From Catajapyx aquilonaris (Eukaryota), in contig KZ538351.1 in the NCBI GenBank assembly GCA_000934665.2, positions 1-64,000 on the forward strand: a stretch of DNA of 64,000 nucleotides, read 5' to 3'. The translations under genes were made by a program, and so were the position numbers. Below are positions 14,684 through 27,600 of the stretch, one piece after another; positions within the stretch are counted from its first letter, which is position 1, and every line of letters begins with the position of its first letter. The notes under the pieces were generated by a model. That model was given only the letters and a program-made list of their open reading frames with translations. It searched no databases and was not told the DNA's origin.

Positions 14684-16811
14684 GGGTTTGTTAAAGGATG
14701 GGGGGGTATAGAGGAGAGATGTGGAGGAGGGGGCAAAAAGTATGGGGGCCCCTCACAAAGTTCTGAACGACCTTGCCCAGGCTCCCACTGCCACTCCGAG
14801 GAGAGGCTTCAGCTCAGTTGGGATTTCTCTCTGAGGCTGCGGTTCATCCTGTGAAGTGGTGGGTGTGTACGTGTGTGTTGTGGATCTGGTTCGTGTTTGT
14901 GTGCTTGCCCATACCGCGTACCGTGCACTTGGATTTTTATTCCGCGAAGCATCTGGTATTTTTCACCCTCAGGATGATGCCACATGCTCGGGCCAATAAA
15001 AATCATGCTGCTTGGTGGACCAGTTTGCCAGCCGGTGCTGTTAAGTGTGTGCGCAACAACTTCATTACATTGCATTGCTCAGAAGTACAGGGTGTTCCAA
15101 CAGTGCGAGTGCAAGTTGTGCGATTTGTGGATTAATTTTGTGCAGATTAAGCACAAACAATGTTAGCGAGGTAACCTGTAGGTTACCAATTTTGATTAGG
15201 CCACCTTTGGTGGAAATTGTGCTCGATAGTGTGCAATAGAGAAGTGAAAGCCAGTGTTGCAAACAAGGGATGCAGAGGTGAGATATTGGGGTTCGAGTGA
15301 TGAGAATTTGTGATTGTTTTTGCACCGTTAATTGGATGCGCAGAAGGAGCCAAAAACCTGATGTAATTTGAATTTGTTTTCATGGCAATAGAGTGTATGA
15401 CATGAAATTTTTCGAGTGACATGTTATTACCTAAAACTGACACGTAATCACTTTGATGGGTTATTCCATTGCGATCTGACATTTTGAGGGATTACCGCAT
15501 TGTGCACAATGCAGTTTTAGTGATACTTGTGTGATTCAAAAAAATGCGTTATAATATACCAATGCCATTTAACGTTTATAAGGCCTTCTGTCCATGTTGA
15601 AACGTGAAAAAAGTTGCAAATTCGCAACATGCTGATCCATGCATCTCAGCTGCTCTCTATTCCTGGTTTGCAATTCTAGCTCTCACCTTTCTATAGTAGG
15701 CAGTATCAAGCACCATTTTACACTAGAAATTTCAGTGCTAACATTCTTTAACCGCTCCGATTCGTAATCGGTGTGTAGCACTTAAATATCAAGGGAATCT
15801 ATGAATAGAAGGTTGGTTAATTTTAGCATAAACAGTCGTACCAAATTATAAAGCACATCAGCAAGTACGAAATTGTCAGCAACATAACGTTCGCATTTAG
15901 ACCTTCGGCCAAGGTTGTTTTGAAATTCCGGACCACTGTGAACCGCCCAGTGACAAGGTGTAGATTCCCGGAAATTCTTGAGATTCTCTGATTTCCAACT
16001 GAGATCCCCCTGAGGAGATTCCACTGTGTTGCCACTGCTCGTATACTGATATGCTCAATCTAAAGAAACTGTGCTGTTAACAGGTCCAGGCACGCCAACA
16101 GTAAACCTGAAAGTGATTATCTGCTCAACAACATGAAGAATTTCCGCGTGCACAAAAGTGTCAACCGAATACATGTTGACACACGGTTAATCATTTTGCA
16201 TATTTTTTGGTTGGTACTCCTGCCAGTTCGCTCAGGTATGCAGGGTACTGCACTGGATTGTTTAGCCCAGTCTTTCAGTGTCGTAGAAAATTATTCAAAC
16301 TTTTTTTTTTTTTTTGGCACAGCCTGTTGGAGCACCTATGCAGTAACTGGCCCAGAGCCAACGCCTGTATGTAAACACTGGCAGTGCGAAATGTCATAAC
16401 ACCAGTGTAATGTTAGCATTCCCCTTGAGAGCGTCCCTAGTTAGTTGAAGGGGGGGAAAAAAAGAGCGCACTGTATCCAAAAATGCAGACAACCTTCCAC
16501 GTGTCCGGCTGGGAAGACCGGTCCATTGGGCAAGATATTGGGGAGTAGAGAGGAGGCAACACCCCTCCTCCTCCTCCTCCTCCCTAAAAACCACTTCTCA
16601 CAACCCCCCCTCTTATACCCTCCCCTCTTGAAGCAGCCACCCCCATCTAGCAGCCAACCGAGAGCATGGCTGAAATAGCTGACCAGCAAAGCAAGGCGGG
16701 TAGGAGGGCCGATGACTTTCACCGGGGAGGTTAGCAGTTGGCTGTACGGAACCATTGTGGTGTGTTGTGCGCGCGGTGTTGTGTACACACGATGTTTGTG
16801 ACTAGTGCGAG

Positions 16812-17991
16812 ATGAAGCCTTTGTCGTGGGAGAGCCTGCGCCGGTTGGTGGGGGCCGGACGCAGAAAAAAGGACACGGAGGACCCCTCACCGTTCAAGCG
16901 AAGCACGTCCTTCAAGAGGGCGTCCATCCGGAAGAAGACGACGAAATGTCCGGTATGGCACGAGGAAGAAGAGGAGGACCAGTTGTTGACCAAAGAGAAG
17001 AAGCCGCTGTCACTGATCGAGCTCAAATCCGACGACTGCAAGACGGTACTAGTCAACTGGGATCAGTGGCCGGAAGGCGCCAGGAAGAAGGTGCCGCTCT
17101 TAGACCTGGAGGAATCGCCCAGAGCCAACCGGGCCAGACCAGACACGACGGTGTTTCCTCGACAGATATCCTGTCCGGAGTCCTCCCACATGACCAAGCC
17201 GGCGCGTCTGGTTGTGCTTCCACAATGCGACCATTTTCAAAGCCTGGAAAGCAGCGCCAGCAGCACCAGCAATCAGACCATAGCCATCAGTATGAGCAGC
17301 GGCACCTTCTCGACCACCACGACCACCACAAACAGCAGCTGCAGGCCTTCCTCGCCGGTACCGCCTCGAGAAGCACCTCGCAGCTTCTGGTGGACTCACA
17401 ATGCTCCGGCGGTGCAGACCAAAAAGGAATGCAACGGCTGGTTCATGCCCAGACTGGCCGAACGTATCGGCAACATACGGCGGAAGAATGGCCGAAACGG
17501 ACCTGTGCCGAGTGTCAGCCGAGAAGGATACTTCCAGAGAACAAGCTCGGCTCGGAGTTCGCGCGTACGTCTTCTTCGGAGGTGTTCGTCATCACGAAAG
17601 AGCAAGAAGGCTGTCAAGAAGAAGTCGTCCGGATCAGACGACGCCATGCCACCTCAGGGAATATACCAGGTCATAGTTCGAAGGGCGTGTCTGCCTCGAC
17701 CGCCCAAGTTGGACCTCCTCCTGTTCGTGCCGCCTGAAAAGAGACGTCCCAGACAGGACGACGAGGCCCCCTTGTTGGGTACAGTCTCTAGGTACGAACC
17801 GGCCGAAGTCCGCTGGGCGACATCCGACACTCCTCCGATACCCAAGGACGAGGAAGACGAAGTGCGTCCGTTGCCCGCGTTGCCTCTGAAGGCGTCACTT
17901 CCGCGACGGTGCAGGCAACGAAAACATCCGAGATTTGTGGCGCGACCTCCGATTCGTCGTACTCCGTCAGCTCTGCGCTCGAAAAAGCACG
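16812..17991 (+). CDS. Large coding exon (393 codons + 1 nt); candidate alternative first exon of DIP2; basic, Ser/Pro-rich, predicted disordered
   Basis: Longest ORF in the window, ATG start, GC-rich and coding-like against an AT-rich background. It reaches AAG CAC G|gtgagt, a consensus donor in phase 1 that matches the DIP2 exon at 38120. Coding status is well supported; linkage to DIP2 is inferred. Confidence 0.75.
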
Positions 17992-20900
17992 GTGAGTCTC
18001 GAGTGTATGTACGTACATTGGGGAGGTGATCGACCCGAGCTCATCCTCGAGCAGTGATTCAGCCATCAACTGGTTAAGAGTCGGGGTCTTGATTGATGTG
18101 TGGGCAGGCCGATACAGGCCATCTCCTTTTTTTTTTATGGGGGACCAGTCTGTACGGCGGTTGTGGGGTTGTCCTTTTGCCAAACCGCGTGATTCCGGGC
18201 AGATGCGCCGATTCAACCGTCCGGACAGGTGATTAATTAATTGCGCGGCCAATTAGAGTGGACCTAATTTGGACTATTTGTTTCACTTTGGGAGCTTAAT
18301 AGAACGGGGCAGATGAAGTGGACTGAGAATTATTTTGTTAGAAAAGTGTGGAAAAAGTTGTGAAAATCCATGTAGTGATGCATTGCTCAAATGGAAATAA
18401 TTGTTTTTCCCCAGAAAACAGTCCAAAACATCTTGAACTGCTTCGTTAACACATTGTTGTAAACACTGGGCCATCACAGGTGTACGCTTTTGAATTATGC
18501 AAATAGTGTCAGAGCATGTAGGCCTACCTCAGATGAGGAAACCTTGCGGTTGGCAGGTCCAGAGTACCAGCCCAAAAAATGCAGATTAATCTGATAATGT
18601 TAACAGCATGGAGGAATTATGTTGACCTTTTTTGGTGGCACAGAGAATTACTCATTCAAACACAATGAGATGGCCAATTTGCATCTTTGGATTGGCGCTC
18701 CTGTACCAGCCAACCACAATGTTCCATTAGTTGAGATATGGAGAGGGTCACATTTTTTGTGCAAATCAGTTATCGTAAAATTGTTAGGCTTATACTGGGT
18801 GTGGCGTGTCTGCCAGAGTATATTGGACATAACATTAACTACAAAAACGCATTAGTCGGCAGTGATCAAATTAATCAATTGGATAAATTGTAGGACAAGT
18901 TTATTATTTGACAATGTAATAAGATTGACCCATTTCACTGTTTCATAATGCAATATATGGCCGGGAAAGCAGTTTTTTTAGTACAAATTGTGGTGGACAG
19001 TTTGTTGTTGATGAAACAAACATTTAATTCCATTTATAGGAGAGTTTGATTCCCAAAACAATGGCCAAAGCGTCATAAAATGTCTAAATAATAATACATA
19101 TTTATGATTCTGCAACAACATATTTGAATTCTCCAACAAAGCCACTTGTATGGTGCGATACTTTCCGTATGAGGCCATTTTTGGTTTATAACCTACAGTT
19201 TTGTTTTTATTTCGAGACACGAATCCACTTAATGTCGAAATTAAGCGAAATTGAGTCATAAGTTTTGCACCGCTGTTTTATTGCCACTCGGCAATAAAAT
19301 TATTTGCAAATAATACTTTTCAACATGCAGGTTTTTATTCATAACAGGAAGCACTTCAGTTTTCGAGTATTTCACCAGCACTTTGCCTTTCAAAATCGCA
19401 GTGTCGATGTTATTCGCATTTTATCTTTATTTCTTCTACCTTCATTTCCTGCTGCATTGATTATTGCATTGGGAGGAACTGAGAGCTTCAGAGCTCGAGT
19501 ATGGCAACGTGGAAATTCCGTGATCCCGAAAAGGTTCCCCCCTCTTTTTTTCCAGGAAGAATTTAACACATTCTGTAAGTTGTGTCACGCAATGCACACT
19601 CCAAGAATACCTCCCAACAGACACGATTCATCACATGATGAAAAGACCTTCGAGAGGATAGCCTTTTTTCCCACCGAAAATCGGAGAAGGTAGCTCACCT
19701 GACATGTACGCTAGTAGAAAATAATGGGGGTCCTAATTTTCGCTAATTACGCAACCATGAGAAGAGAGGCCGAGGTTGCAACACCTGTGACCTTTTTGGT
19801 GGGGAATGTCGTCTTCTCTGTCCGGATTACAAGACCATCTTGGATTACACTTGAATACAATTTGTGCACGTGCATGCCACACGTCGCTAAGCATGACGAG
19901 AAGACAGGGGTGGGGTAGGGGGAGGTAAAGTATGACCACCAGGGGAGAGTGAATTCGTGTACGTTTTTGCTGCACAAAAGGACAAGGGAGCGGCCTCTAT
20001 TTGTGCAGGTTTTGGTGGTGGAGGATGCATGCTGGGTCAGCAGCACGTGAGCTGAGACCAAGAGTGAGGATTGAGCAGGCCAGGGACATCTTTTGCACTC
20101 CCACGGAGGTTGGGGGCCAACCGACGAAATTTGCATTGCCAGGAAGGTTGAATATCCAGAAAAAAAATACTGGCGGCTTTCACGTCTTTTGTGGCGTACA
20201 AGTGTTCGAGATGAAAACAAATCGTTTAGTGACGAGTGGTATAGAGTCAAACTTGGGGTCAATGCCAGAGTTTTGCAAATGACAAGTGCAACTAGTTTTC
20301 ACATAAGCATTAGGCGGTAAAACCTGTTTGCCGCTGTCTAAATTTCATAGTACGACGTAATAATAAACGGTGTGGTAGTGCAATTGCATTGAAGCGAAAT
20401 TCGCTATATTTATGAGCGATATAGTACCTAATAGATTGATAACATCTGCAAGTAGCAGTTCCAAGCAACTTTTACGAACTCACTTAAAAATAAGGAGCTT
20501 AGTATGAAAAATCGGCTCTCTATGAGAATTGGCGTGCACAGTGTAATTTCGACGAGAAATAATTCCAAATGGCTGTTCATGTTCGCAATGTCAACCAGTT
20601 TGCCATTTATATTACTCGAATGCAAATCTTCCTACGGGGGCACAATTTTTGGTTCATCGTGACGTGAGTCTCGGAATGAAATAATTTTATTCGTGCTGTC
20701 TACCTGGCTATATGGCAGGGACTTATGCAAATTCAGTAGGTGGAGCAATGCAACGTATCTATCATTATAGTCGTGCGGATTCTCTCCTTGAGTGGGACTC
20801 GCTTATTCGTGCAGATATTAAACTCAGCAGATTAACCACGATTACAATCATGAGGCCAAATAGGGGGAATGCAAAGTATCCCCCTCTCCCAACCACGGCG

Positions 20901-23900
20901 GTCTTCCGGGTATATCGAACTGCTGATTTTTAACGACTCGGGTTGTTAAAGGGAGACAGGGTATATAAGGAGGTGCATGTTACCTTGTGAGCAAAGGCGT
21001 GGGATCAGCATAAAGAGGCTGTGTGGTGTGGTGGTGGCGGCGTCAAGAGAGGACGGTGACACAGGCCTAAGCCACTGGCCTCTCTCTGTGTGTATACATG
21101 TAGGTGGTACAAGCATCCTGGGAGGAGCCTGCAGATGGGATGATCTCATTCCACAGGAGCCGGAGCTACCAGTCTCGAAAAAATCCTCTCAAATCGTGGG
21201 CCATTTAGATGGATTCGAAGAAGAAAAAAAAATTATAAAGAATTACTGGCGTTGGTTCTAGGTCGGGTCACACGCGGTATTGTTTCGGAGGAGAAAGTGC
21301 GAGTGGGTGCATGAATGACTGCCATAAGTGAACAATGATGTGCCCTCCATCCCCCAGCACTTTACCGTGTGTGCAGCAGTCCCCCAAGGTCTGGAAACCC
21401 ACTCCGGAGGGTGTTTGCATAACATGCACAGGCTGTCACCTGGGTGTCACTTGCCTCAATGTAGTGGAAGGCGCCCACTTGTCGGCTGGAGGAGGGGAGT
21501 TTGATGGCGACAATTTGACATGTTTCTCGAAAAACGTTGATTAAATGTCCATTAAGGTGCGTGTACCCGACGGATACAAATTGCAGCTCAACATTGGGGT
21601 AAGGGGGTTAAATCCTGTGATAAATGACCCGATTGAGCAGAGGTCGAGGTCCAGCAGTGAATATGAATTGTATGGGGGCATATAGCGTACATTTGATTGG
21701 CTTGATGCAGATCACAAATGGCAGCATTTTTTTCACGTACATTCTGCACAATATAGTTTGTATACAAAACGACATATTTTTTGGCATAGTGTGTGGCCAC
21801 CCTCACGTTGTTCCAGACGAGTGTCCAGATTTTTTTCGCTTTGATGTCTCGGAAAATATTGTTCGAAATATTGTGTCGTGGACAGCCCCGTACATAAAAC
21901 GTAAATGATCGCAAGGTAGCGGCGGACCATACCGTGGCATTACCACGTGGGGAAATTATGTGGCACGTTTTCCGTGACTATACTCTTGAATGCATGGCAA
22001 GGTGACTGTTTTTTTTCCACCAATTTTTTTTGATATGTGACGTTCATGCAGTTAAGGAGCATGCCGGCTGTAAATTCTGGAAATGCCCTTGCTCACTTTG
22101 GTTGCGTAACTTCAGAATTTTTCTGTGCATCATCATGATGATTACGTACTTCCTCATGGGCCTCGCCTTAATTCCAAATGAGCACGAATTTCATTCGTCA
22201 TCGTTATCAAATAATTTGGGGAGCAAAAAAATAATAAAAAAAATAAAGTGGAGGCGTGTGAGGGGCCTGTTCCAGCCCACTGACTGATTATCCTAATTTG
22301 TCACCGCGTTGTATGCAGATATCGTCGGATGGAGACAAGTCTGTGACCCGCAGCCTCCCTGTAAACTAGGGCACGTGAAATTTATTCAGTCGCTACTGTC
22401 GTGAGACACATTTCAAAAGGATGTGCAATAGTGAATACATCTATTGCTTAATAATAAACTTAGGTATTTCACCTGATTTGCAATTCAGATTTTTCTGTTC
22501 CTCGAAAGCAGTAGCACACCTTTTTAGTATTTATTCATTTAATAAACGTACTTTGTGCTGCATGAAATTGTGAGGTTGAAGTGAGGTTTGCACCTGTTTC
22601 CACAATATAGAATTTTTGCTGGAGAGGGGGAAAAAAACTTAATTTATTCGACGCGGACTTTTTCTTGCGGTTGAGTAATGTGCCGCATGGCCTTCGAGAT
22701 GCGAGGTTTTACTTTTTTCGGATTGAAAAATTCAATTTTTTTTGTATGACTCGCGTGCTGCGCAAGTGAAGTGGGAACCAATGGGGACACCTTATTTTCC
22801 TGTGTGGTATGCGGTCAAAAAGTAATTAAATATGCTGCATGATTTATGCAAGGAAGGAAGTAGCCGCATTTCCTTGAATTCCTGTGCAAATGTGCAGTCG
22901 GTTTATGGTATGTTTGGTTAGTTGAAACTGTCGTGTAAATCCGGTAGCGACAATACTCCGTTAGTTGAGCAACAAAGGGACTGCGCCCTTGGACAGTTCA
23001 AACTATATACAGGAAGTACTCGGAATGCCTTCCAGAACTGAGCCCTTCTAGAGGTCTACATTATTTTTTTATAGTGGCCGGGGTCTAATATTTTTTTCCT
23101 GGGCATTGTGTTAACGTCACATCCGTCAGGGCTCGCTCCGTCTGATATCAGTCATAACCGTTAAAGCGTTTTAGTCATGGTTCCCGAAAGCGGCCTGTAA
23201 CAAATGGAGCCTGGCAGAAGGCTACATTGTTGTGCCTTCAGAAGACATGGTCGAGGGTCCCCAACCGGTTATTCCGAGGCCGAAGTACGTGCCTTTTGTT
23301 GTCAGTGCTCGAAATGTACTGACCGAGGTACTGACTGCTCTTCCCAGAAGATTTTTTTCAGACAGTGCAGATTCGTAACGCTTCTGTTATTGAGAAATGG
23401 TGTCCGTTATGCTATGCCGAAAGTTACATGAATATGTCTCTGTGTTGGTCAACCTGCTGCCATTTAAATTTACTGATGCATTTTATTATTCTCGAGTCGC
23501 ATCGAATTAGTCAATAGTCAGCGTGATGTAAATTGTTTTCAATGTGTGAAAGGCAACTATCTATTTTTCATGCACTCAATTATGCAGCTGTTAAAATTAT
23601 TTTGACTTCAATTTGAAAACTGAGCTAAGCGAATGCAAGAATAATTATGCCAGTCAGAGAAATGTTTTCTTTGAAAAGGAGTGGTTTTCATTTCAGAGAA
23701 AGAATAGGGTTTGTTTCAGAAAAATGAAATATAAACACTGAAAACAGAGATTTGAGTTGCTGATAGTTCACAACAACATGTGCAGTACCAGTATGTTTAT
23801 TAATACCTGCAAGCTTTAAATTCACGGAGCGTATGTACTTGGCCAGTGTCGTGACAGATGTTAAGGACAAGTTTTATTACCCAGGAGTGTGTTACTGAAG

Positions 23901-24503
23901 ACAAGTTTGAATCCAGTCATTCTGGCCTTTGCGAAATAAATCACGGCTTTTTGGGCATTTATGCATTCATGTAAAGTGGACCATGCCCCTGGCGACAGTT
24001 ACAAATGCAGTTGTGTTGTTCACGTGCATGCGAATGACCCGTTATCGCATGTACGGAATTAAGTCACTTCCTCCACATTTATGCTCGAGCATGTCACTTT
24101 TTACGCTTCACCGACACTTTGATTGTCCAATAAACTGAGGAACGGAAGGTAAGAAAACCCACTAGGTTGTCATCGCCACGAGTGTGTAAACCGGTATAAG
24201 CGCCATTTGGACCTAAACTTATGCGATAAGTTGGCAAAATACAATGAGAAACGGTTATGTCCGACCACCATAGAATTATCATGTTATGGAGAATGAAAAA
24301 AAATTGCAATCTTATAACATGCTGATTACATGTATGTACCGTAGGTCATTTCACGCTTAGGTGGGTGTACGGTAGCCTTGCAAGGTCTTGGGTGAAAATT
24401 ACACCGGACTTGGAGAGGTGTTGATGGACATATCGGGATAGGAGTATTCCCTCCAAAAGTCATGGTGTGGGATGAATGAAGATTCCACACCTGTTTCCAA
24501 AAG

Positions 24504-24639
24504 ATGCGTAGGCGGTTATTTTGGTCAGGTTCGGCAACCCCCGGTTATTCCGGATTGCGCACACACATATCCTCTCGAATGAACAGGAGGAGGTTCTGCT
24601 GCTGTTTGTGTGACGAAAGAAGATGCCCTTCTGGCCGAG
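24504..24639 (+). CDS. Weak candidate alternative first exon of DIP2 with a Cys cluster (second ATG at 24579: MNRRRFCCCLCDERRCPSGR(G))
   Basis: ATG-initiated, ends CGA G|gtacat in phase 1; the donor is weak. Confidence 0.3.
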
Positions 24640-27600
24640 GTACATGGCCTGATTTGTGCCGAGGGGCTTCTAAACGAGATTATTCATGCCTCTCTTGCTG
24701 GGGCTTGGAGGGACCTTGAAAAGGTCATAGGAGAGGGATCATTGGGAGGGTATATAGTTGGAGAGGAATGGGAGTCGTGACGTACCCACATTCAAAACTG
24801 GCTATAGGAAAAAAAGAAGAAGAGCGGGCCTTTGGAGACATTACATGGCGGATTTTGAAGTGAAGCCTGCTCACAAAACTGGTCTGGTTTTGTTGTCTAT
24901 GGTCAGGTGGCACTTTCCAGAGATTCTTTTATGGCTGCAGGGCTGTACACGCCATTTTTGTAACACATTCCATTGGCGGTTTTTTTCTCAATGATGTATT
25001 TATGCATGAGAAGCGTCAGGTGCACTAATCTCACGGAAAAAAATGTCACTTTAAAAAAAAGGAAGGAAATTCAAGTCACTTGTGCGCCTCACGTTCCCAA
25101 GATTATTTCCACTGGCCCTGGATTACGCAGATCGTGAAAGCAGTTTTGTGTCCGATAAAAAAAATCTTGTCAACAGTTTTTTTTTTTTTGTTGATGCCAC
25201 AAACAATTTCGGCAACAAAAGTTTTTATTCCCACAATAAACAATTTGTACAATGCCCGTATTTTTGTGTTCGTAACAAAAGGATTCTGTGAGGAATTATT
25301 TGATGGCGTAACCAAATATTTGATGCTGACAACAAAAGTGCGTGATTGTAAATATTTAAACGGCTCATAATTAAGCAAAACGTTCCTTTGAGATGTTTTA
25401 AAAAAAATGGCTTCAGCACAATTTCTCGTCATCATTTCCATGTGATGAAACGTAATTTAATTCGCAAATAATATCTAAAGCACATCAAATTAGGCCTACT
25501 AATAGGTGGCAAAATTTGGCATACCTCCCTAACATTGGCGTATGGCCTTTATGGTCAGGTCGGCGTAACTCTGACCCCTCCCAAACAACCACATATGCTC
25601 ACATGTATTATGCAGTTTTATTATCGGAAATATGAAGTTTCATAAATCTGTTATGCACTGTGGTACTTAATTATGCGGCAAACGGCCTAAGGCTTGCCTG
25701 TGTGCCTAAAATTGGTAATCTTTTCTATGGCCTCGGGTCTTCCACTAAACTTAATTCAATATTTTGATTGTGGAAGTACATGTAGAAATCCATAAATAAT
25801 TTGATTAGAAAGTTCTATAGTGTTATATACATTTTGAATCAGCAGGCCAAGATCTCGGGACATTTCTGTTAATGTGTTTTTGACCACATTCCCTACCACA
25901 CATCATATTGTGCGGGTAAAACTGATGAAGGCTCAACCTCAAAAAGCCATGCTTACATTTCGCCCCAGTCATTAAGTCGCTCCACATATTTTCGCGGAGA
26001 CAACAGGCGTATTGTACCAGTCAGTTGCCTCATAAGAGATACCCCCTCCCCCTACTCTCCATTCGCTAAAAAAAATTTGGCCGTGTCCAACCCTGGTAAT
26101 AGAGTTTGGAGGAAAATTGCGGCCAACCGTATCTGAGCGACAATTAATCAGCGTTTAGTCACATGTACCATTTTGGCGCGACCTAATTGTTGGTATTATG
26201 CAATGGCGTATTTTTTTTAAAGGACGGACGACTTGTGGCGAAATTTTGAGTGGCATTTGCCTTTTTGTTTCGTGCCCACTTGTCTTTTTCCCTCAAATAT
26301 TGTGACGACTGTAATGCTGCGGTATAAGGAAAAAAAATCTGCAAGGCTTGACATTTTAGTGACGTGCGCTGGGTTGCATAAGTGCGAGGATGTTACTTCA
26401 TGGAGGCAGTGTTGGGACTGCTGCTCTTTAAGGCATCGATACCATGACGTTGATTGCATCCAAACTGGGAAATGTGGGTCACTGATAGCATTGATTACTG
26501 CTGCGGTACACCGGTATGACCCCTGCATATGCGACATACAGTTCGACAGATTCGTGATGGATCATCACGATACACGAACATGGCTCATGACAACGATTTC
26601 GTTTCAACCCGGAAGTAATTGTGTAGCTACCCTGCACCTCTGTGGCCATTTATACCTCCATTTTACCCGTCTAGTTTGTCGCCAATAGTACACAGCAATA
26701 GGTTTTGTTCTAACCTGCTGAAATGGCCGATTTTATATCCACTTGTTAAAAAATGTAGCGTCTCAAGTACTATTGCTGGGAATCGATGGACCGAAAGTGC
26801 CGCACAAAAGCCGACATTAGGCTCCATTACATTTTCACTGTCGCTTGAATGGGGAGGCAGCCGCCATGTTAATAACAACCAGCCATATTTCACATAGAAA
26901 AGTGGGCACCCCCTTTTGTCAAAAGAGAATTGCGCCTATTTGTGTAAATCAGTTGCTGCGTGTTTAACACGTGCGCATTGTCTAAATATAGCGCCCGATT
27001 TTCAGAATCATTGTTTTTGCTCGTTAAACTGCACCAGGGTTTTAGGACGGCGCACTCGTGCGACGGGCCAATTATTGATTAATGAGTTATGCTATCGACC
27101 TGCAGATAAATGTCTGGCTGGGAGATTGTTTAAAAATAAAGTGACTGCGGTTCAGTACACTCCAAAATTCAAAACTAGTGAGAAGTTACGCCTCAAAAGA
27201 TGTAACGTGTTTTCCAATAATGTTCTGTTCGAAAATGATGGGTCCCATTCCCATGCATGTATGGAGTGCATTTTGCGCCAGAAAATAATGAACACTTATA
27301 GTGAAATCGCTGCTGCCTGTTTTTTCCCCCATCGAATTTTGTCCCAAAATGTGCATCCCACTCCAGGTCCAGTAGAGACGCGATATCGATTGTGCGTGCC
27401 TTGAATTCTGTAGGTAGAGGGGGGGGTTTTTTGCCTGCTCCAGGCCGTTTGACTGCTGGACAGTTATGCAAATCGTTAGTCTGGAATTCGCCCTGTTGCC
27501 ATGGGAGGGCTTTGGGACTAAAATGTTATGTTTTTCCGCCTCTTTGGCCAAGCGCACACACACACAAAAAAAGAGTACCGGTCATTCGAGTCAGCTCTCT

